From: the human T2T-CHM13v2.0 reference genome, Homo sapiens
Assembly: GCF_009914755.1 (NCBI RefSeq)
Contig: NC_060929.1
DNA: 64,000 bases
Reading direction: 5' to 3' (one strand)
The notes beneath the pieces are model-generated. The model saw only the letters and a program-made list of their open reading frames with translations, was not told the DNA's origin and searched no databases. Below, one piece after another: positions 45,245 to 62,170 of this stretch. The position numbers and the translations under genes are program-made. Every line of letters starts with the position of its first letter. The first letter of the stretch is position 1.

Positions 45245-48200
45245 GAGCTTCTGAAATGGTAAAATAAGGCGGTTGGCTGACCCTCTAATCAGCAAAACAA
45301 TTTAACTGGTGAAAATTACAAAATATGATTATTTAAAGTCTCTGAAAGTCATTCGAAGGACATATAGCAAATGGAAAAATATTCATTCAAGAAAACTTAT
45401 TAACCCTTGGTAAGAATAGCAAGATTTTATGGAACTTGAGCCATGACCCACTCCTTTATAACCTTCCCCCAGCTCTTTGTTAGCTCTACTTCGATGAGGT
45501 ACTCCAGCTGTGGCCAAGAAGATGGGGGCTCTTCTCTCCCAGATCCTAGTCTTGGATTATGGTTTCACCCTAGGAGGAGGAGTCTTCCAAATGTTTTTCA
45601 CCCCTGCAGCTCTGTGTTGCAGAAACCCTATATCAAGTCAGCATGATGAAAAAGATCCCACCTCCCTCCAACGCAGCCCCTATTTATAGGGTGAAAGCTC
45701 TACCCCAGGCATGACAGGCCAAAAATACTGGGGTCCCAATTATCCCAATTTACTCATGGGGTAGGGGTTCCATGCCAGGACAGTCAATCCAGGAAGACTA
45801 GGGACACCACCCCCAATATCTTCTTGTAGAGAAGGGCTCTCACTTTGGGAATAGTGGGTCTTTCCCCCAGCTCTGGTACATAGGAGTTCTGCCCAGAGGA
45901 AAGGCAGGTGTAAGTACAGATGAAGAAGTTTCGTAACTCTGCCTGAGAAGAATGATTTTATTAGGAACAGAGCTCAGAGAACTTAATACCTAAAAGTGTT
46001 GTCAAAAGCAATAAAGAGGTTGGTGAAGAGCAGTTAAGAGGAGGTTGAGGAGGTTAGCAGCACCATGATAAGAGCAAAATGGCTCAGCAGCCAGAAGTTT
46101 AATAGAATCAGAGAAAGATACAGCCCCCTACTATCACTACTATATTAGTCTGCCATTACAAAATACACAGACTGGGCAGCTTAAACAACGAAAACTATTT
46201 TCTCACAGTTTAGGAAGCTAAAAGTCCAAGATCAAGGTGTTGGTGGGATTAGTTCCTTATTAGGGTTGAGTTTCAGATAGATAACTTTTTGCTGTGTCTT
46301 CAAAGGATCATCCCTTTGTCTGTGTTGTCTGCTTACTAATTTCCTGTTCTTATAAAGGCACCAGTCATATTGTATTAAGGCCAACCCTAATGATCTCATT
46401 TAAACTTAATTACCTCTTTAAAGGTCATATCTACAAATATAGTCACATTCTGAGGTACTTGGGATTAGGACCTCAAATATTAATTTGTCGGGGACATAAT
46501 TGCCCATGACAGCTGCTAACCTTGGGGATTTGAGAGGCTATGTACTATGTCCCGGGCTTCACCCACTGGGGAGAAATTACAGCATGATGTGGGGCAGCCA
46601 AGATAGCATTTCCAAAGCCACATGTAGATCCGTCCACAAAGGGGAAAAACTTCACTGACAAAAGGGGTTAAACACAACCTCTGGCAAAACACTGAATAAC
46701 AATAAGATACTCAAATGCAGGGACAACTCCTAAGAAGCCAGGCCTAAAATTAAAATTTCTTGCATCCCTGAGAGTCTGGAAGACTGTTTGCATGTCCGAG
46801 ACTGTTTCCTCTCTGGAGCAATCAGAGAGGGGACATCCAAACTAATAGTCCCTGGATGACATTGGGCAAACAAAGTAAACTCAACTGCAATAGCAGCCTC
46901 AAAGGAACACACATATCCAATGTTAAAAGGGTAAAAATACAATTAGGTAATGGGGCCTAAACACAACCTTTAACCTAGAAATAACTCTTAGATACCCAAG
47001 ATAAAGGATAAAACAAGGGGGAAAATATCTGAGTAGGGACAACAGAGACTCCACATGACAGAGAAAATAGACTTTGCAGAAGGAGTTCAAGAGTTCAGCG
47101 CAGTCACTAAGCAAATAAACAAATGACCAAACCATCAACAACAGTATCCTTCCCCTTTACTGAAGAGAGACATTGTATTCAGAGTTGCTAAATTTTATCT
47201 AAATACCCAGTCTTAAACAAAAAATTAAAACACATATGGAAATAGAAAAATGTGATCCATATACAATTCAACAAGAATAGTTGAAGACTTCATTATCTTC
47301 TTTTACTTAAAAATAAAACTAGGCATAAATCAACAAGCAAACAGAAGACACGAACATTATAAACCAACTAGACCTAACAGACATCTATAGAATACTTCAT
47401 CCAACAGCAGCAAAGTAGACATTCTTCTCACATTCTCCAGGATAGATCATATGCGAGGCTGTAAAAGAACCCTCAACAAATATAAAAGGATTAAAATTAT
47501 ACAAAATTTGTTCTCAGAGCATGGTAACAATTAAAATAGACAAAAATAACAGAATAAAATTCAGAAAATCTATAAATATGTGAGAATTAAACAAGACATT
47601 CTAAACAACTAAAAGGTCAAGAAAAAATCACAGTGGAAGTCCCTTCAGAAGAATAAAAACACAATCCATAAAAACCTATGGGATGCAGACAATCACTGCT
47701 TAGAAAGAAATTTGTATTTGGAAATGTCTATATCAAAAAAGAGGGCAAATCTCAAATCAATAAGCCAATCTTTTACCATAAGAAATTAGAAAAAGAAGAG
47801 CAAACCAAACCCAATGCAGATAAAGAGAAAGAAGATAATAAAAATTAGAGCAGAGATAAGTAAAAATATAAAATAGAAAAACAATAGAAAAAAATAATAA
47901 AATTAAAAGTGTTTTGGGAAAACTTCAAAACTGATAAGCTTTTTGCATAACAGACCAAGAAAATTAGAAAAAAATACTTATGATGTAAAATGTGTTATAG
48001 GAAAATACTGTTAACAATTATATGCCAGCAAATTTGATAACCCAGATGAAATTGAGACATTACTAGAAAGACACAAACTACTAAACTGACTCAAAAAGAA
48101 TAGAAATCTGATAAAATAAGAAATACAAAACGTGATATTTAGTTAGTAATTTTAAACAAATTTTCTCTTCCCAACACACACACACAAAACCCAGGACCAG

Positions 48201-48560
48201 AGAGATTTAATAGTGAATTCTATCAGACATTTACAGAAGAGTTAATATCAATTACTCACAAACTATTAAAAAACAAGAAGAGAGAACACTGTTTGACTCA
48301 TTCCACAAGGCCATTAGTACCCTTAGGCCAAAGTTCAACAAAGAATATTATGGACTGATATTCTTATAAACATAGAAGCAAAAATCTGCAACAAAACATA
48401 AGCAAATTGAATCTAGCAACATATAAAAATGATTTACCCAATGACAAAGGAGATTTATCCCCAGAATTCAAAGTTGGTTTAAAATCTGAAAATTAATTAG
48501 TGTGATCCATCATATTAATAAAAGAAAAATGTTTCATGATGATCTCAATAGATTTGGAAA
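45245..48560 (+). mobile_element. Old L1M 5' region and ORF2 fragments
   Basis: L1M-type 5' end (GCTTCTGAAATGGTAAAATAAG) and ORF2 remnants (CTAACAGACATCTATAGAATACTTCATCCAACAGCAGCA). Confidence 0.7.
46141..46511 (-). mobile_element. MLT1A-like MaLR LTR inserted in L1M
   Basis: TATTAGTC...ACAGACTGGGCAGCTTAAACAAC...AGTCACATTCTGAGGTACT. Confidence 0.85.
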
Positions 48561-48563
48561 AGT

Positions 48564-48762
48564 ACAGTCAGTCCTCATTAACATAATTGATAAGTTCTTG
48601 GAAGCTGTAAGTTTAAGTGAAATGACATATAACAAAATCAATTTTACCATAGGCCAATTGATGTACACAAGATTTAAGTTCTTACATCATATTTTTGGTA
48701 AAAAAAATCATCACCAAACTTCTAAATAAAGACCCAAAACACTTCTAATGTTAAACATTGAA
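48564..48762. mobile_element. MER82-like Tigger fragment
   Basis: Starts TA-CAGTCAG...AATTTTACCATAGGCCAATTGATG. Only one end is present. Confidence 0.65.
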
Positions 48763-48764
48763 AT

Positions 48765-49926
48765 AGGAGGGGGGTCAAGATGGCCGATAAGAAGCAGCTG
48801 CAGTCCACGGTACTCATGAAGAGGAAAGAAATGGGCAAGAGAATACAGTACCTTCAACTGAAATATCGAGGTTCTCGCATTGGGACTGATTAGCCAAACA
48901 ACTTGACCCATGACCTATGAAGAAGGAAGAAAAGCAGGGTGGGTCTGTGGCACACCCAGGAGCAACACAGAGCCAAGGCAACTGGCACCCCCAGCCAAGG
49001 GAAATGGTGAGTGATTGTGCAACCCCACCTGGGAAACCACACTCCTTCCACGAATCTTTGCAACCCATGGATCAGGAGATCCCCTCATGATCCTGTGCCA
49101 CCAGGGCCTTGGGTCTTACACACAGAGCTGTGTGGAGTCTCGGCAGAGCAGCTGACCAGGCACACACAGAGACACAGGAGCTTTACACACTCCAACCCCA
49201 GGATCCCCAACAATGGTGTCTGCAACTCAGGCAAGGAAGGAGGTCCGTGCATACCCCTAGGAAGGGGGCTGAATTCAGGGAGCCAAGCAACATCATTCTG
49301 TGGTTCCCACTTCCGTAGCACCTCACAAGATAAGACTCACTCACTGGCTTGAAATTCTAGCCAGCCAATGGCAACAGGGTGGAATTTGCCTAAGGCTGGT
49401 AGGAGCTCCCAAGGGGAGGTGTGGCCGTCATCTCTGTGGTTTGGTCCATTCAGCCATTCCAGCGTGCAGGCTTTGAAGAGTCCAAATGGCCCAGATGAGG
49501 AAGGGTCTCCCCCAACACAGCACAGTTGCTTTTCCATATCGTGGCCAGACTGCTTCTTTAAGTGAGACACTGATTCACTCCTCATCACTGGACAAGACCT
49601 CCCAGCCAGGGCTTCAGCCATTCCAGCCAGTTTTCCATGAACAGAGCTCCAATTTCCCCCTGGGAAAAAGTGCCTGGGGGTGGGGCAGGCCACCACTTTG
49701 GCTGTTCAGGTTTCCCAGTCAGTTCAGCCTGTGGGCCCATAGAAATACAAACCACCACCAGAGAATATTATAAACTACCTCTATGCACATAAACTAGAAA
49801 ATCTAGAAGAAATGCACAAATTCCTGGACACATACAGCATCCCAAGACTGAACTAGGAGAAGCTGAAGTCTTGAATAGACCAATAATGAGTTCTAAAATT
49901 GAGGCAGTAATAAATAGAATACCAAC

Positions 49927-49961
<35 letters not shown>

Positions 49962-50729
49962 CCCAGGACCAGATGGATTCACAAGCTGATTTCTGCCAGA
50001 GTTACAAAGAAGAGCTGGTATCATTTCTACTGAAATTATTTCAAAAAATTGAAAATTGAATGATGCTGGCCTCATTCTATACCAAAACCTGGCAGAGATA
50101 CAACAAAAAAACAAAACTTCAGGCCAATATCCTTGATAAGCATCAATGCAAAAATCTTCAGTAAAATATTGGCAAACTGAATCCAGCAGCACATCAAACT
50201 GCTTATGCATCACCATCAAGTAGGTATCATCCCCAGGATGCAAGGTTGTTTCAAAATACACAAATCAATAAATATGATTCATCACATAATCAGAACTAAA
50301 GACAAAAACACATGATTATCTCAATAGATGCAGAAAAGGCCTTTGATAAAATTCAACATCCCTTCATGTTAAAAACTCTTAATAAACTAGGTATTAAAGG
50401 AACATACCTCAAATAATAAGAGTCATATATGACAAACCCACAGCCAATATTATACTGAATGGGAAAAAGCTAGAAGCTTCCCCCTTGAAAACCAGCACAA
50501 GAGAAGGATACCCTGTCTCACCACTCCTATTCAACACAGTATTGGAAGTTCTGGCCAGGGCAATCAGGCAAGAGAAACAAATAAATAGTTTTCAGATAAG
50601 AAGAGAGGAAGTCAAACTCTTTGTTTCAGTGACATAATATTATATCTAGAATATTCCATCATCCCAACCCAAAAGCTACTTAAGCTGATAAGCAACTTCA
50701 GTAAAGTCTCAGGATAAAAAATCAAAGTG
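48765..50729 (+). mobile_element. Older L1PA: 5' UTR joined to mid-ORF2; host of the full-length L1
   Basis: Starts GGAGGGGGGTCAAGATGGCCGA. Jumps at ~49737 to CCCATAGAAATACAAAC and resumes at 56758-56975. Confidence 0.85.
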
Positions 50730-51638
50730 GGAAAATGATCTGAAGATGGAGGAATAGGAACAGCTCTGGTCTACAGCTCCCAGCGTGAGCGACGCAGAAG
50801 ACGGGTGATTTCCGCATTTCCATCTGAGGTACCGGGTTCATCTCACTAGGGAGTGCCAGACAGTGGGCGCAGGTCAGTGGGTGCACGCACAGTGCATGAG
50901 CTGAAAGAGGGCGAGGCATTGCCTCACTCGGGAAGTGCAAGGAGTCAGGGAGTTCCCTCTCCTAGTCAAAGAAAGTGGTGACAGATGGCACCTGGAAAAT
51001 TGGGTCACTCCCTCCCCAATACTGCGCTTTTCCCACAGGCTTAAAAAAACGGCGCACCAGGAGATTATATCCTGCACCTGGCTCAGAGGGTCCTACGCCC
51101 ACGGAGTCTCGCTGATTGCTAGCACAGCAGTCTGAGATCAAACTGCAAGGCGGCAGCGAGGCTGGGGGAGGGGCGCCCGCCATTGCCCAGGCTTGCTTAG
51201 GTAAACAAAGCAGCCTGGAAGCTCAAACTGGGTGGAGCCCACCACAGCTCAAAGAGGCCTGCCTGCCTCTGTAGGCTCCACCTCTGGGGGCAGGGCACAG
51301 ACAAACAAAAAGACAGCAGCAACCTCTGCAGTCTTAAATGTCCCTGTCTGACAGATTTGAAGAGAGCAGTGGTTCTCCCAGCACGCAGCTGGAGATCTGA
51401 GAACAGGCAGACTGCCTCCTCAAGTGGGTCCCTGACCCCTGACCCCCGAGCAGCCTAACTGGGAGGCACCCCCCAGCAGGGGCAGATTGACATCTCACAC
51501 GGCCGGGTACTCCAACAGACCTGCAGCTGAGGGTCCTGTCTGTTAGAAGGAAAACTAACAGACAGAAAGGACATCCACAACAAAAACCCATCTGTACATC
51601 ACCATCATCAAAGACCAAAAGTAGATAAAACCACAAAG
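50730..51638 (+). promoter_or_regulatory. L1 5' UTR with internal sense promoter and antisense promoter
   Basis: Matches the young-L1PA 5' UTR and is CpG-enriched relative to the window. Activity cannot be judged from sequence. Confidence 0.8.
50962..51183 (-). CDS. L1 ORF0 variant (73 aa, altered C-terminus)
   Basis: N-terminus MAGAPPPASLPPCSLISDCCASNQRDSVGVGPSEPG is the primate L1 ORF0 sequence. Confidence 0.7.
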   Translation of the reverse strand: MAGAPPPASLPPCSLISDCCASNQRDSVGVGPSEPGAGYNLLVRRFFKPVGKAQYWGGSDPIFQVPSVTTFFD

Positions 51639-52653
51639 ATGGGGAAAAAACAGCAGAAAAACTGGAAACTCTAAAAAGCAGAGCGCCTCTCCTCCTCCAA
51701 AGGAACACAGTTCCTCACCAGCAATGGAACAAAGCTGGATGGAGAATGACTTTGACAAGCTGAGAGAAGAAGGCTTCAGACAATCAAATTACCCCGAGCT
51801 ATGGGAGGACATTCAAACCAAAGGCAAAGAAGTTGAAAACTTTGAAAAAAGTTTAGAAGAATGTATAACTAGAATAACCAATACAGAGAAGTGCTTAAAG
51901 GAGCTGATGGAGCTGAAAACCAAGGCTCAAGAACTACGTGAAGAATGCAGAAGCCTCAGGAGCTGATGCAATCAACTGGAAGAAAGGGTATCAGCAATGG
52001 AAGATGAAATGAATGAAATGAAGCAAGAAGGGAAGTTTAGAGAAAAAAGAATAAAAAGAAACGAACAAAGCCTCCAAGAAATATGGGAGTATGTGAAAAG
52101 ACCAAATCTACGACGGATTGGTGTACCTGAAAGTGAAGGGGAGAATGGAACCAAGTTGGAAAACACTCTGCAGGATATTATCCAGGAGAACTTCCCCAAT
52201 CTAGCAAGGCAGGCCAACATTCAGATTCAGGAAATACAGAGAACGCCACAAAGATACTCCTTGAGAAGAGCAACACCAAGACACATAATTGTCAGATTCA
52301 CCAAAGTTGAAATGAAGGAAAAAATGTTAAGGGCAGCCAGAGAGAAAGGTCAGGTTACCCTCAAAGGGAAGCCCATCAGACTAACAGCGGATCTCTCGGC
52401 AGAAACTCTACAAGCCAGAAGAGAGTGGGGGCCAATATTCAACATTCTTAAAGAAAAGAATTTTCAACCCAGAATTTCATATCCAGCCAAACTAAGCTTC
52501 ATAAGTGAAGGAGAAATAAAACACTTTACAGACAAGCAAATGTTGAGAGATTTTGTCACCACCAGGCCTGCCCTAAAAGAGCTCCTGAAGGAAGCACTAA
52601 ACATGGAAAGGAACAACCAGTAACAGCCGCTGCAAAATCATGCCAAAATGTAA
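51639..52653 (+). pseudogene. L1 ORF1p, disrupted
   Basis: Early frameshift after ATGGGGAAAAAACAG, TGA at 51964-51966 and TAA at 52621-52623. ARR and YPAKLS motifs are retained. Confidence 0.93.
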
Positions 52654-52701
52654 AGACCATCAAGACTAGGAAGAAACTGCATCAACTAACGAGCAAAATA
52701 A

Positions 52702-56649
<3,948 letters not shown>

Positions 56650-56979
56650 CGAGTTAGTGGGTGCAGCGCACCAGCATGTCACATGTATACATTTGTAACT
56701 AACCTGCACATTGTGCACATGTACCCTATAACTTAAAGTATAATAATAATAATAAATAAAAATCAACGTGCAAAAATTGCTAACATTCCCATACTCCAAT
56801 AACAGGGAAGCAGAGGGCCAAAGCATGAATGAACTCCCATTTACAATTGCCACAAAGATAATAAAATACCTAGAAATACAGCTAACAAGGGAAGTGAAGG
56901 ACCTCTTCAAGGGGAACTAGAGACCACTGCTCAAAGAAATCAGAGATAACACAAACAAATGGAAAAACATTCCATATAG

Positions 56980-58085
56980 TTTGTGTTCATGGATTAGAAG
57001 TCTTGATATTGAATTCTTAGCTATGACATGAGAAGCACAAGCAAAAAAAGAAAAGTTAGTAAATTGGACTGCATCAAAATTAAAAATCTTTGTGCATCAA
57101 AGGACACTCTCAAGAAAATAAAAAAAATAGAATGGGAGAAAATATTACGCATCATATATTTGATAAAGGCCTTGTATCCAGAATATATAGAGAACTCTTA
57201 AAATTCAACAACAAAAAGAAAAACAGCTCCGTTAGACAAATGATCAAAGAACTTGAATAGACACTCATTCTAAGACGATACACAAATGGCTAATAAGTAC
57301 ATGAAAAGATAATATGCTTAGTCATTAGGAAAATGCAAAACAAAAATTCATTGTGGTAATACTTCATAACTACTGGAATGCCTATAATTTGAAAGATACA
57401 TAATAATATGTGTTGGTAAGAATGTGGAGAAACTGGAATTATCTTATAATGCAGTGAGAATGTAAAATGGCACAGCCACATTGGAAAACTGCCAGTTCCC
57501 CAAAATGTTAGGAATATAGAGATACCTTATTACCCAGTCATTATACACCTAGGTATATAACCAGGAGATTTGAAAACAAATATCCACACAAAAAAATTTA
57601 CAAACTTTTACAGCTATTCTTAGTGGTATTATTCATGATAGCCAGAACATAAAAATAATGCAAGTTTCCATCAACTAATGAATGGGTAAACAAAATGTAT
57701 TCGATCTTTACAGTGGAATACTATTTAGCAATAAAGAGAATTGAATTAATGCTTCATGCTGCAGCATAGATGGACCTTGAAAACATGCTAAATGAAAGCC
57801 AGTTACAAAACACCACATATTGTGTGATTTAATTTACATGAATTATCCAGAATAGGCAGAATTTGTGGAGATGGAAAGAGGATTAGTGGTTGCTAGGGAC
57901 TGAGGGAAGGGGAAAATGGGGAGTGATTGCTAATGAGTATGAGTTTTCTTTCGTGGGGGAGATGGAATGTTCTAAATAACATCGTGTTGATGTTTGCACA
58001 ACCTTGTGTATATATACAATACATTGAATTGTACATTTTAAATGAATAAATTTTATGTTATATGAATTATGTCTTGATAACACTA
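56980..58085 (+). mobile_element. Old L1MB/MC 3' region
   Basis: Degenerate ORF2 end and 3' UTR (GATTAGTGGTTGCTAGGGACTGAGGG...AATTGTACATTTTAAATG). Confidence 0.8.
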
Positions 58086-61069
58086 TCAAATGCTAATTAC
58101 AAAATAGCCTGCCAAATATTTTAGTATTAGAAGTCATCTCAAGACCTTAACTCCTTTTAAATCTTCCTTATGCATTTTAATTTTGTTGTGAATATAAGAA
58201 TACCTTAGCTGTATTTTAAATATTATACTAAATGCTCTCAACTTAAGTAAATTTGTTTCTTATTTGAAAATCTTGCCATTTTCACTCTCTCAATGGGTAG
58301 AAATAATTCTGTGAGTTGACTATTTTAACGTCATAAACAGAATGCTAATTATTATTGAATTCATCCTTAAGCAAGCTATTCCAGTATGGTAAGACTATTG
58401 AAGCTTATCCACATCACAATTCTATTGCTTATGTAGGTTTAGTCAAATAATGGCAAAGACGCTCTAAACCTGTGTCCTAGTCACAGTAAGCCAGGTTATC
58501 TTCAGAGTAGGCTCAGCATTATGGTTTCCTTGTGTATTAGGTCAAATGGGCAACTCTTTTCTTACCATGTTCATTTTAAAAGCCCACCATTCTATACAAA
58601 TTTACTTCCAGCATTTCCGTGACTGAAGGTTTAAAACAATCCAACCTTGAAAACAGCCATTAGTGTTAAGTGGTCTCTCAGTTCAACAAACAAGATGTAC
58701 CAACCCATAAATGTCTAAAATCGGAGTGATGTTGACCAGTCATTTGTTCTGTTTCCTGGTAAGTTAACTACCAATGTTCTGTGTTTTAAAATCTAGGACA
58801 AATAATAATGATCTTAATTTTGAGTTCTACCCGGGATCATTTTGCACAAATAAAATTTAGCTTTCTTAGCTATTAGCACAAAACTCTTCTACCACATTCT
58901 ATTCATCTTAATAAATAAAGTTGGTCAGAATCTAAGCAACTAAAAAAATTACATAAAAAGCAAAGGTTTAGTTTGCTACCAAAACCAATGAAAGATATAG
59001 ATGTTACAGTCTTTCTGTGGGAAATGGATAAAATACAAAAGCAAAACAAATAGAACCAGGAACTGGTAATGACCTTGCTAGAATGGAAAGTCATGTCAGT
59101 ATTATCTAAATTGATATACAAGCACAGAAAAGGAATAAAAATTTATTCAGAAAATAAAGTGCTGATGCTGAGGGAAGTGATGTGAACAAACGATAAATTA
59201 AAAGGAATATTTGTTCCCGTTTTTACTCAGATGTAATTTGTGAATCCCATAAAAAGCATAGGGTGCTTGTTTGATGTTCTTGCCTTATGAATCTTAAATT
59301 TCTCTGCAACAAAGTGATCTTCTTTGAGGGTCTACACAAATCAAGTTGATAAAAGATTTGTGTGGCCAAACCTTGGCCACCCTATGAAGAACTTGTGATT
59401 TGTCTTTCCTCTCCCCCTTCCTTCTTATTCTTGTCTTCTGGTGAAACCTTTTCATTGCCCTAAAGATCTGTCCTAGAGACTCTCTAATGTGCTCTTATCA
59501 CAGTCAGAAGTATTGCTTTACCTTCATCAAGATGCACATCGCTTTAGAGCCTAACAGTATCTGGAAGTTGGAAGTAATTTTTGGATACAATGCTTCAGAG
59601 TATACCTAAGAGAGCCTACATTTGAAAAGGATAAATTGTCAATAGGAAATGATGACTATCTAGTGATTTTCACATCAAAAATTGAAACAGGGTAAAGGGC
59701 TGATGATTACCTTGGAAGACAAAAGCCCACTTTTACCTCAAGTCAGCACACTAGAAGTGAATGTGGGCATCAACTCTCTTGAAGTTTAGCTTTTGCATCT
59801 CTCTCTGCCTAGACATTATTACATCAAATTAAAGGAAGTACTTTAGAGATCATCTAGTCTCATGTATTTTCATACTTTTCTCTATGGACAGAGGCATAGA
59901 ATTTCAGAATTGTTTCTTAGGATTTCACTTTGGGTAGTGAGAAACAGAGAGGCCCAGTAAGTGAGGCGAGGGTTTTAAAGGTTTACCTGTGCTTCAGGAA
60001 ATTTGATCAATTAAAAATGTATTTAATATACTCACAACTTGAATAAGATTTTATTTGAGAAATTTCTGATTTAAAACAAAAGTTAAAACCCAATGTTTCA
60101 GCCTCTCTGTTGTCTGCTGAGGGTCACACATGAATGTGGTAGCAGGGCTGGAATCCAAGTCCACTGGTTTTCAACCCAGTGCACATATATACCATCATGC
60201 CTCCATATTGGTATCTCTGCATTCCATCTTCATTTTTGCCCAGATTATTAACTGAAAACCAATTTTGATGGGTACCTTATCATATATGGATTCTACATTA
60301 TCTCTTCAATAATGTGGGCAAAACAAAATGAGGCAATGTAGTGGCAATTGCATGTTATTTAGTTAACATCCTAATGTTGGACAAAATAAAACGAGGCAAT
60401 GCAACAATAATTGCAAGTTATTTAGTTAACATCCCAATCACTCTTCCAAGCATCCCTCCTTACATTGCCATTGAAACAAAATTAATGTATTCTAAATCTC
60501 CTAACATAACCGTAAACATAATAAATAAAATCCTCTTTATCTTCTGATTTTAAGCCCATAAGCAACCTACATATATCCTATGATAGCAGATGTTTACTGA
60601 ATATGGTTCTACACCCCAGCACTACCTGAATAAATCTGTGTATAACATCCAGGGTTTTCCTTTCTGCATAATGTTGCTCCCTGTTGGTGTTGCACCAAAA
60701 TTATTTCCAAAATGAGCTGATTTGTGGAAAAGGGAGCTATGATGTTGGAGGCTATTGGGGTCTTGAAGTTCTGTCTTCTGGTTCTAAACTTGGCAGAACA
60801 TTTCTACTTCTTGAGAACCACTCTATCGTTTTTAGCTGAAAATAAATATACCAGGAATGCTTTCTCCTCCAAAATTACACTCCATATTTTATAGAAAGAA
60901 GATTTAAAGAAAGAGTTTTTATTCTGTCTATGAAACAGGCCCCACCTTGAACATAGAAGACAAAATCTTATGCCTGATAGGAATAGTGATTAAATGACCA
61001 TTCAGATAATGCCTTCTATGAATAATGCAGAGCACACCTGGTACTGTGTGGACACAAAGCAGAGTCTAG

Positions 61070-61255
61070 CAGTTGAGAGGTTTGGACCTAGCAACGATCA
61101 ACATATGTTCACTTCCCATATTGAGTAGTTATTAGTTATTTCACTTTGGCAAGTTCAGCTTTTTATGTCCTAGTTTCCTTATGTGTGAAATACAAATAAT
61201 ACTAGTTCCAGCTTCAGAAGGATTTTTTTAAAAATCGTATGTAAATGATTTAAAA
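61070..61255 (+). mobile_element. MIR SINE
   Basis: CTTTGGCAAGTT...AGTTTCCTTATGTGTGAAATACAAATAATA. Confidence 0.55.
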
Positions 61256-61293
61256 TAGCAATTTAAATAATTTACTTTATAAATAATACATAT

Positions 61294-61562
61294 AGCACTT
61301 TGGGAGGCCGAGGCGGGCAGTTGCCTGAGTTCAGGAGATCGAGACAAGCCTGGGCAACACGGTGAAACCCCGTCTCTACTAAAAAATACGAAAGAAATTA
61401 GCTGGGCGTGGTGGCCTGCACCTGTAGTCCCAGCTCCTGAGGAGGCTGAGGCAGGAGAATTGCTTGAACCTGGGAGGCGAAGGTTGCAGTTAGCCGAGAT
61501 CATGTGACTGCACTCCAGCCTGGGCAACAGAGTGAGACTCCATCTCTAAAAAATAATAAAAA
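61294..61562 (+). mobile_element. Alu, 5'-truncated
   Basis: Starts AGCACTTTGGGAGGCCGAGG, dimeric, A-rich tail. Confidence 0.93.
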
Positions 61563-61801
61563 TAACACAAAAAGAATTATTATTGACTTTATTAGGTTGT
61601 AATAATGGCATTGTGGCTTTGTTTAAAAATAAATCCTTGTTAAATATCCATTCTAAAGCATTAGTTAAATAATATGATACTTAGGTTGTGCTTTAAAATA
61701 CTTCAGCAAATCTCCCCAGGGAAATAGATGAAATGTGAAGAGTATAGTAGTGACGATCCTTGAAGTTGAGTGGTGGTACATGACTGTTAATTATGCTATC
61801 A

Positions 61802-62170
<369 letters not shown>

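Noticed and set aside
48711-49773. Multiple 60-120 aa ORFs
   Set aside because: They fall in a GC-rich L1 5' UTR and resemble no protein I recognise.
60674-60687. Second CTCF-like motif (CCAACAGGGAGCAA on minus)
   Set aside because: Several mismatches at informative positions; too weak to report.
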